Shown piece by piece: positions 1-8,848 of a stretch of 64,000 bases of DNA. The stretch comes from Auanema rhodensis (taxonomy: Eukaryota; Animalia; Nematoda), in NCBI GenBank assembly GCA_964057225.1, contig OZ059900.1, positions 22,072,001 through 22,136,000 of the forward strand, written 5' to 3'. The translations under genes and the position numbers were made by a program. Under the pieces are notes generated by a model. That model made no database searches. It was given only the letters and a program-made list of their open reading frames with translations, and was not told the origin of the DNA. Each line of letters begins with the position of its first letter. Positions within the stretch are counted from its first letter, which is position 1.

Positions 1-342
1 TTCATATTAGTATGTAACACGCTGAAATTCGTTGCATTTGACGACTCATATGAACAAAAATCGATTTAATCAATATTAGCCATAAGGGGCGTGCCCTCAG
101 AATATGCTAATTTCCTTAATTTTCTAACCCCTGTTTTTTTGTCGTGAAAGTGGAACTAGACGTTGTACGAACAATTTTGAACTAAGTTTCATTGACATTG
201 CATGAGTTTGAACACATGAAATCGTAAGTCAAAACCTTGTTTACAGCGAAATTTCCAAAAACTGGTTTTCCAGCATAATAAAATATTTCTCATGGGAAAT
301 ACTGTGTTTTTGTTTTTTTCTAGTGTTCAGCATGTAAAATGC
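1..342 (+). repeat. Representative 342-bp monomer (phase arbitrary)
   Basis: The next copy begins at 343 ('gc|ttcatttt'). GC is ~34%, with 10 CpGs in the consensus and several A/T tracts. Confidence 0.98.
284..301. other. 18-bp quasi-palindrome TATTTCTCA|TGGGAAATA (every unit)
   Basis: The reverse complement of TATTTCTCA is TGAGAAATA, giving a single mismatch at p295. Confidence 0.9.
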
Positions 343-368
343 TTCATTTTAGTATGTAACACGCTGAA
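323..368. other. Imperfect inverted repeat spanning the monomer junction (repeated at every junction)
   Basis: Inner arms TAAAATG(335-341)-ctt-CATTTTA(345-351). Outer arms TTCAGCATGT(326-335) and ACACGCTGAA(359-368) are 9/10 complementary. Confidence 0.85.
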
Positions 369-3300
369 ATTCGTTGCATTTGACGAATCATATGAACAAA
401 AATCGATTTAATCAATATTAGCCATAAGGGGCGTGCCCTCAGAATATGCTAATTTCCTTAATTTTCTAACCCCTGTTTTTTTGTCGTGAAAGTGGAACTA
501 GACGTTGTACGAACAATTTTGAGCTAGGTTTCATTGACATTGCATGAGTTTGAACACATGAAATCGTAAGTCAAAACCTTGTTTACAGCGAAATTTCCAA
601 AAACTGGTTTTCCAGCATAATAAAATATTTCTCATGGGAAATACTGTGTTTTTGTATTTTTCTAGTGTTCAGCATGTAAAATGCTTCATATTAGTATGTA
701 ACACGCTGAAATTCGTTGCATTTGACGACTCATATGAACAAAAATCGATTTAATCAATATTAGCCATAAGGGGCGTGCCCTCAGAATATGCTAATTTCCT
801 TAATTTTCTAACCCCTGTTTTTTTGTCGTGAAAGTGGAACTAGACGTTGTACGAACAATTTTGAGCTAGGTTTCATTGACATTGCATGAGTTTGAACACA
901 TGAAATCGTAAGTCAAAACCTTGTTTACAGCGAAATTTCCAAAAACTGGTTTTCCAGCATAATAAAATATTTCTCATGGGAAATACTGTGTTTTTGTTTT
1001 TTTCTAGTGTTCAGCATGTAAAATGCTTCATTTTAGTATGTAACACGCTGAAATTCGTTGCATTTGACGACTCATATGAACAAAAATCGATTTAATCAAT
1101 ATTAGCCATAAGGGGCGTGCCCTCAGAATATGCTAATTTCCTTAATTTTCTAACCTCTGTTTTTTTGTCGTGAAAGTGGAACTAAACGTTGTACGAACAA
1201 TTTTGAGCTAGGTTTCATTGACATTGCATGAGTTTGAACACATGAAATCGTAAGTCAAAACCTTGTTTACAGCGAAATTTCCAAAAACTGGTTTTCCAGC
1301 ATAATAAAATATTTCTCATGGGAAATACTGTGTTTTTGTATTTTTCTAGTGTTCAGCATGTAAAATGCTTCATATTAGTATGTAACACGCTGAAATTCGT
1401 TGCATTTGACGACTCATATGAACAAAAATCGATTTAATCAATATTAGCCATAAGGGGCGTGCCCTCAGAATATGCTAATTTCCTTAATTTTCTAACCCCT
1501 GTTTTTTTGTCGTGAAAGTGGAACTAGACGTTGTACGAACAATTTTGAGCTAAGTTTCATTGACATTGCATGAGTTTGAACACATGAAATCGTAAGTCAA
1601 AACCTTGTTTACAGCGAAATTTCCAAAAACTGGTTTTCCAGCATAATAAAATATTTCTCATGGGAAATACTGTGTTTTTGTTTTTTTCTAGTGTTCAGCA
1701 TGTAAAATGCTTCATTTTAGTATGTAACACGCTGAAATTCGTTGCATTTGACGAATCATATGAACAAAAATCGATTTAATCAATATTAGCCATAAGGGGC
1801 GTGCCCTCAGAATATGCTAATTTCCTTAATTTTCTAACCCCTGTTTTTTTGTCGTGAAAGTGGAACTAGACGTTGTACGAACAATTTTGAGCTAGGTTTC
1901 ATTGACATTGCATGAGTTTGAACACATGAAATCGTAAGTCAAAACCTTGTTTACAGCGAAATTTCCAAAAACTGGTTTTCCAGCATAATAAAATATTTCT
2001 CATGGGAAATACTGTGTTTTTGTATTTTACTAGTGTTCAGCATGTAAAATGCTTTATTTTAGTATGTAACACGCTGAAATTCGTTGCATTTGACGACTCA
2101 TATGAACAAAAATCGATTTAATCAATATTAGCCATAAGGGGCGTGCCCTCAGAATATGCTAATTTCCTTAATTTTCTAACCCCTGTTTTTTTGTCGTGAA
2201 AGTGGAACTAGACGTTGTACGAACAATTTTGAACTAAGTTTCATTGACATTGCATGAGTTTGAACACATGAAATCGTAAGTCAAAACCTTGTTTACAGCG
2301 AAATTTCCAAAAACTGGTTTTCCAGCATAATAAAATATTTCTCATGGGAAATACTGTGTTTTTGTTTTTTTCTAGTGTTCAGCATGTAAAATGCTTCATT
2401 TTAGTATGTAACACGCTGAAATTCGTTGCATTTGACGAATCATATGAACAAAAATCGATTTAATCAATATTAGCCATAAGGGGCGTGCCCTCAGAATATG
2501 CTAATTTCCTTAATTTTCTAACCCCTGTTTTTTTGTCGTGAAAGTGGAACTAGACGTTGTACGAACAATTTTGAGCTAGGTTTCATTGACATTGCATGAG
2601 TTTGAACACATGAAATCGTAAGTCAAAACCTTGTTTACAGCGAAATTTCCAAAAACTGGTTTTCCAGCATAATAAAATATTTCTCATGGGAAATACTGTG
2701 TTTTTGTATTTTTCTAGTGTTCAGCATGTAAAATGCTTCATATTAGTATGTAACACGCTGAAATTCGTTGCATTTGACGACTCATATGAACAAAAATCGA
2801 TTTAATCAATATTAGCCATAAGGGGCGTGCCCTCAGAATATGCTAATTTCCTTAATTTTCTAACCCCTGTTTTTTTGTCGTGAAAGTGGAACTAGACGTT
2901 GTACGAACAATTTTGAGCTAGGTTTCATTGACATTGCATGAGTTTGAACACATGAAATCGTAAGTCAAAACCTTGTTTACAGCGAAATTTCCAAAAACTG
3001 GTTTTCCAGCATAATAAAATATTTCTCATGGGAAATACTGTGTTTTTGTTTTTTTCTAGTGTTCAGCATGTAAAATGCTTCATTTTAGTATGTAACACGC
3101 TGAAATTCGTTGCATTTGACGACTCATATGAACAAAAATCGATTTAATCAATATTAGCCATAAGGGGCGTGCCCTCAGAATATGCTAATTTCCTTAATTT
3201 TCTAACCTCTGTTTTTTTGTCGTGAAAGTGGAACTAAACGTTGTACGAACAATTTTGAGCTAGGTTTCATTGACATTGCATGAGTTTGAACACATGAAAT

Positions 3301-6156
3301 CGTAAGTCAAAACCTTGTTTACAGCGAAATTTCCAAAAACTGGTTTTCCAGCATAATAAAATATTTCTCATGGGAAATACTGTGTTTTTGTATTTTTCTA
3401 GTGTTCAGCATGTAAAATGCTTCATATTAGTATGTAACACGCTGAAATTCGTTGCATTTGACGACTCATATGAACAAAAATCGATTTAATCAATATTAGC
3501 CATAAGGGGCGTGCCCTCAGAATATGCTAATTTCCTTAATTTTCTAACCCCTGTTTTTTTGTCGTGAAAGTGGAACTAGACGTTGTACGAACAATTTTGA
3601 GCTAAGTTTCATTGACATTGCATGAGTTTGAACACATGAAATCGTAAGTCAAAACCTTGTTTACAGCGAAATTTCCAAAAACTGGTTTTCCAGCATAATA
3701 AAATATTTCTCATGGGAAATACTGTGTTTTTGTTTTTTTCTAGTGTTCAGCATGTAAAATGCTTCATTTTAGTATGTAACACGCTGAAATTCGTTGCATT
3801 TGACGAATCATATGAACAAAAATCGATTTAATCAATATTAGCCATAAGGGGCGTGCCCTCAGAATATGCTAATTTCCTTAATTTTCTAACCCCTGTTTTT
3901 TTGTCGTGAAAGTGGAACTAGACGTTGTACGAACAATTTTGAGCTAGGTTTCATTGACATTGCATGAGTTTGAACACATGAAATCGTAAGTCAAAACCTT
4001 GTTTACAGCGAAATTTCCAAAAACTGGTTTTCCAGCATAATAAAATATTTCTCATGGGAAATACTGTGTTTTTGTATTTTACTAGTGTTCAGCATGTAAA
4101 ATGCTTTATTTTAGTATGTAACACGCTGAAATTCGTTGCATTTGACGACTCATATGAACAAAAATCGATTTAATCAATATTAGCCATAAGGGGCGTGCCC
4201 TCAGAATATGCTAATTTCCTTAATTTTCTAACCCCTGTTTTTTTGTCGTGAAAGTGGAACTAGACGTTGTACGAACAATTTTGAGCTAGGTTTCATTGAC
4301 ATTGCATGAGTTTGAACACATGAAATCGTAAGTCAAAACCTTGTTTACAGCGAAATTTCCAAAAACTGGTTTTCCAGCATAATAAAATATTTCTCATGGG
4401 AAATACTGTGTTTTTGTATTTTTCTAGTGTTCAGCATGTAAAATGCTTCATTTTAGTATGTAACACGCTGAAATTCGTTGCATTTGACGACTCATATGAA
4501 CAAAAATCGATTTAATCAATATTAGCCATAAGGGGCGTGCCCTCAGAATATGCTAATTTCCTTAATTTTCTAACCCCTGTTTTTTTGTCGTGAAAGTGGA
4601 ACTAGACGTTGTACGAACAATTTTGAGCTAGGTTTCATTGACATTGCATGAGTTTGAACACATGAAATCGTAAGTCAAAACCTTGTTTACAGCGAAATTT
4701 CCAAAAACTGGTTTTCCAGCATAATAAAATATTTCTCATGGGAAATACTGTGTTTTTGTATTTTTCTAGTGTTCAGCATGTAAAATGCTTCATTTTAGTA
4801 TGTAACACGCTGAAATTCGTTGCATTCGACGACTCATATGAACAAAAATCGATTTAATCAATATTAGCCATAAGGGGCGTGCCCTCAGAATATGCTAATT
4901 TCCTTAATTTTCTAACCCCTGTTTTTTTGTCGTGAAAGTGGAACTACACGTTGTACGAACAATTTTGAGCTAGGTTTCATTGACATTGCATGAGTTTGAA
5001 CACATGAAATCGTAAGTCAAAACCTTGTTTACAGCGAAATTTCCAAAAACTGGTTTTCCAGCATAATAAAATATTTCTCATGGGAAATACTGTGTTTTCG
5101 TATTTTTCTAGTGTTCAGCATGTAAAATGCTTCATTTTAGTATGTAACACGCTGAAATTCGTTGCATTTGACGAATCATATGAACAAAAATCGATTTAAT
5201 CAATATTAGCCATAAGGGGCGTGCCCTCAGAATATGCTAATTTCCTTAATTTTCTAACCCCTGTTTTTTTGTCGTGAAAGTGGAACTAGACGTTGTACGA
5301 ACAATTTTGAGCTAGGTTTCATTGACATTGCATGAGTTTGAACACATGAAATCGTAAGTCAAAACCTTGTTTACAGCGAAATTTCCAAAAACTGGTTTTC
5401 CAGCATAATAAAATATTTCTCATGGGAAATACTGTGTTTTTGTATTTTACTAGTGTTCAGCATGTAAAATGCTTCATTTTAGTATGTAACACGCTGAAAT
5501 TCGTTGCATTTGACGACTCATATGAACAAAAATCGATTTAATCAATATTAGCCATAAGGGGCGTGCCCTCAGAATATGCTAATTTCCTTAAATTTCTAAC
5601 CTCTGTTTTTTTGTCGTGAAAGTGGAACTAAACGTTGTACAAACAATTTTGAGCTAGGTTTCATTGACATTGCATGAGTTTGAACACATGAAATCGTAAG
5701 TCAAAACCTTGTTTACAGCGAAATTTCCAAAAACTGGTTTTCCAGCATAATAAAATATTTCTCATGGGAAATACTGTGTTTTTGTATTTTTCTAGTGTTC
5801 AGCATGTAAAATGATTCATTTTAGTATGTAACACGCTGAAATTCGTTGCATTTGACGACTCATATGAACAAAAATCGATTTAATCAATATTAGCCATAAG
5901 GGGCGTGCCCTCAGAATATGCTAATTTCCTTAATTTTCTAACCCCTGTTTTTTTGTCGTGAAAGTGGAACTAGACGTTGTACGAACAATTTTGAGCTAGG
6001 TTTCATTGACATTGCATGAGTTTGAACACATGAAATCGTAAGTCAAAACCTTGTTTACAGCGAAATTTCCAAAAACTGGTTTTCCAGCATAATAAAATAT
6101 TTCTCATGGGAAATACTGTGTTTTTGTATTTTTCTAGTGTTCAGCATGTAAAATGC

Positions 6157-6305
6157 TTCATTTTAGTATGTAACACGCTGAAATTCGTTGCATTTGACAA
6201 CTCATATGAACAAAAATCGATTTAATCAATATTAGCCATAATAAAATATTTCTCATGGGAAATACTGTGTTTTTGTATTTTTCTAGTGTTCAGCATGTAA
6301 AATGA
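6157..6305 (+). repeat. Truncated 149-bp monomer (193-bp internal deletion), copy 1
   Basis: The junction 'attagcCATAAtaaaatatt' (CATAA at 6237-6241) joins p81-85 to p274-278. The next monomer starts at 6306. Confidence 0.97.
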
Positions 6306-8699
6306 TTCATTTTAGTATGTAACACGCTGAAATTCGTTGCATTTGACGACTCATATGAACAAAAATCTATTTAATCAATATTAGACATAAGGGGCGTGCC
6401 CTCAGAATATGCTAATTTCCTTAATTTTCTAACCCCTGTTTTTTTGTCGTGAAAGTGGAACTAGACGTTGTACGAACAATTTTGAGCTAGGTTTCATTGA
6501 CATTGCATGAGCTTGAACACATGAAATCGTAAGTCAAAACCTTGTTTACAGCGAAATTTCCAAAAACTGGTTTTCCAGCATAATAAAATATTTCTCATGG
6601 GAAATACTGTGTTTTTGTATTTTTCTAGTGTTCAGCATGTAAAATGATTCATTTTAGTATGTAACACGCTGAAATTCGTTGCATTTGACGACTCATATGA
6701 ACAAAAATCGATTTAATCAATATTAGCCATAAGGGGCGTGCCCTCAGAATATGCTAATTTCCTTAATTTTCTAACCCCTGTTTTTTTGTCGTGAAAGTGG
6801 AACTAGACGTTGTACGAACAATTTTGAGCTAGGTTTCATTGACATTGCATGAGTTTGAACACATGAAATCGTAAGTCAAAACCTTGTTTACAGCGAAATT
6901 TCCAAAAACTGGTTTTCCAGCATAATAAAATATTTCTCATGGGAAATACTGTGTTTTTGTATTTTTCTAGTGTTCAGCATGTAAAATGCTTCATTTTAGT
7001 ATGTAACACGCTGAAATTCGTTGCATTTGACGACTTATATGAACAAAAATCGATTTAATCAATATTAGCCATAAGGGGCGTGCCCTCAGAATATGCTAAT
7101 TTCCTTAATTTTCTAACCCCTGTTTTTTTGTCGTGAAAGTGGAACTAGACGTTGTACGAACAATTTTGAGCTAGGTTTCATTGACATTGCATGAGTTTGA
7201 ACACATGAAATCGTAAGTCAAAACCTTGTTTACAGCGAAATTTCCAAAAACTGGTTTTCCAGCATAATAAAATATTTCTCATGGGAAATACTGTGTTTTT
7301 GTATTTTTCTAGTGTTCAGCATGTAAAATGCTTCATTTTAGTATGTAACACGCTGAAATTCGTTGCATTTGACGACTCATATGAACAAAAATCGATTTAA
7401 TCAATATTAGCCATAAGGGGCGTGCCCTCAGAATATGCTAATTTCCTTAATTTTCTAACCCCTGTTTTTTTGTCGTGAAAGTGGAACTAGACGTTGTACG
7501 AACAATTTTGAGCTAAGTTTCATTGACATTGCATGAGTTTGAACACATGAAATCGTAAGTCAAAACCTTGTTTACAGCGAAATTTCCAAAAACTGGTTTT
7601 CCAGCATAATAAAATATTTCTCATGGGAAATACTGTGTTTTTGTATTTTTCTAGTGTTCAGCATGTAAAATGCTTCATTTTAGTATGTAACACGCTGAAA
7701 TTCGTTGCATTTGACGACTCATATGAACAAAAATCGATTTAATCAATATTAGCCATAAGGGGCGTGCCCTCAGAATATGCTAATTTCCTTAATTTTCTAA
7801 CCTCTGTTTTTTTGTCGTGAAAGTGGAACTAAACGTTGTACGAACAATTTTGAGCTAGGTTTCATTGACATTGCATGAGTTTGAACACATGAAATCGTAA
7901 GTCAAAACCTTGTTTACAGCGAAATTTCCAAAAACTGGTTTTCCAGCATAATAAAATATTTCTCATGGGAAATACTGTGTTTTTGTATTTTTCTAGTGTT
8001 CAGCATGTAAAATGCTTCATATTAGTATGTAACACGCTGAAATTCGTTGCATTTGACGACTCATATGAACAAAAATCGATTTAATCAATATTAGCCATAA
8101 GGGGCGTGCCCTCAGAATATGCTAATTTCCTTAATTTTCTAACCCCTGTTTTTTTGTCGTGAAAGTGGAACTAGACGTTGTACGAACAATTTTGAGCTAA
8201 GTTTCATTGACATTGCATGAGTTTGAACACATGAAATCGTAAGTCAAAACCTTGTTTACAGCGAAATTTCCAAAAACTGGTTTTCCAGCATAATAAAATA
8301 TTTCTCATGGGAAATACTGTGTTTTTGTTTTTTTCTAGTGTTCAGCATGTAAAATGCTTCATTTTAGTGTGTAACACGCTGAAATTCGTTGCATTTGACG
8401 AATCATATGAACAAAAATCGATTTAATCAATATTAGCCATAAGGGGCGTGCCCTCAGAATATGCTAATTTCCTTAATTTTCTAACCCCTGTTTTTTTGTC
8501 GTGAAAGTGGAACTAGACGTTGTACGAACAATTTTGAGCTAGGTTTCATTGACATTGCATGAGTTTGAACACATGAAATCGTAAGTCAAAACCTTGTTTA
8601 CAGCGAAATTTCCAAAAACTGGTTTTCCAGCATAATAAAATATTTCTCATGGGAAATACTGTGTTTTTGTATTTTACTAGTGTTCAGCATGTAAAATGC

Positions 8700-8848
8700 T
8701 TCATTTTAGTATGTAACACGCTGAAATTCGTTGCATTTGACAACTCATATGAACAAAAATCGATTTAATCAATATTAGCCATAATAAAATATTTCTCATG
8801 GGAAATACTGTGTTTTTGTATTTTTCTAGTGTTCAGCATGTAAAATGA
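8700..8848 (+). repeat. Truncated 149-bp monomer, copy 2
   Basis: Same junction at 8780-8784 and the same linked G43A variant ('gacaactc'). Confidence 0.97.

Larger units (their letters stand above)
1..4110 (+). repeat. Tandem duplication of a 6-monomer (2052-bp) higher-order unit
   Basis: The private variant 'gaactaag' (G181A) occurs only at 181 and 2233, and 'gctttatttt' (C3T) occurs at 2055 and 4107. The variant order of the intervening monomers is identical at a 2052-bp offset. Confidence 0.9.

Noticed and set aside
87-96. p53-like half-site GGGCGTGCCC
   Set aside because: The core is CGTG rather than CWWG, there is only one half-site per unit, and it is often mutated (C90T).
124-132. 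Telomere-like CTAACCC / TAACC motif
   Set aside because: Only a single copy per unit and never tandem; expected by chance.
192-220. Bacterial sigma70 -35 box TTGACA
   Set aside because: No -10 box at the right spacing (CATGAA), no downstream gene, and the context is satellite DNA.
1-342. Repeat-protein CDS (342 bp = 114 codons, so the frame is preserved between units)
   Set aside because: All six consensus frames have stops in each unit: + strand TAA p67-69, TAG p8-10, TAA p15-17; - strand stops at p7-9, p2-4 and p66-68.
1-342. Primate alpha-satellite dimer (2x171)
   Set aside because: No recognisable alphoid sequence beyond the partial CENP-B-like motif. The internal homology offset is ~193-196, not 171.
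1-342. Tandem 5S rRNA, tRNA, snRNA or spliced-leader gene array
   Set aside because: I see no recognisable 5S, cloverleaf, A/B-box or SL sequence. An Rfam/Infernal scan would be the formal test.
323-368. MITE or transposon terminal inverted repeats
   Set aside because: The arms are adjacent, with no target-site duplication or element boundaries visible. A transposon origin of the satellite cannot be tested from this window.
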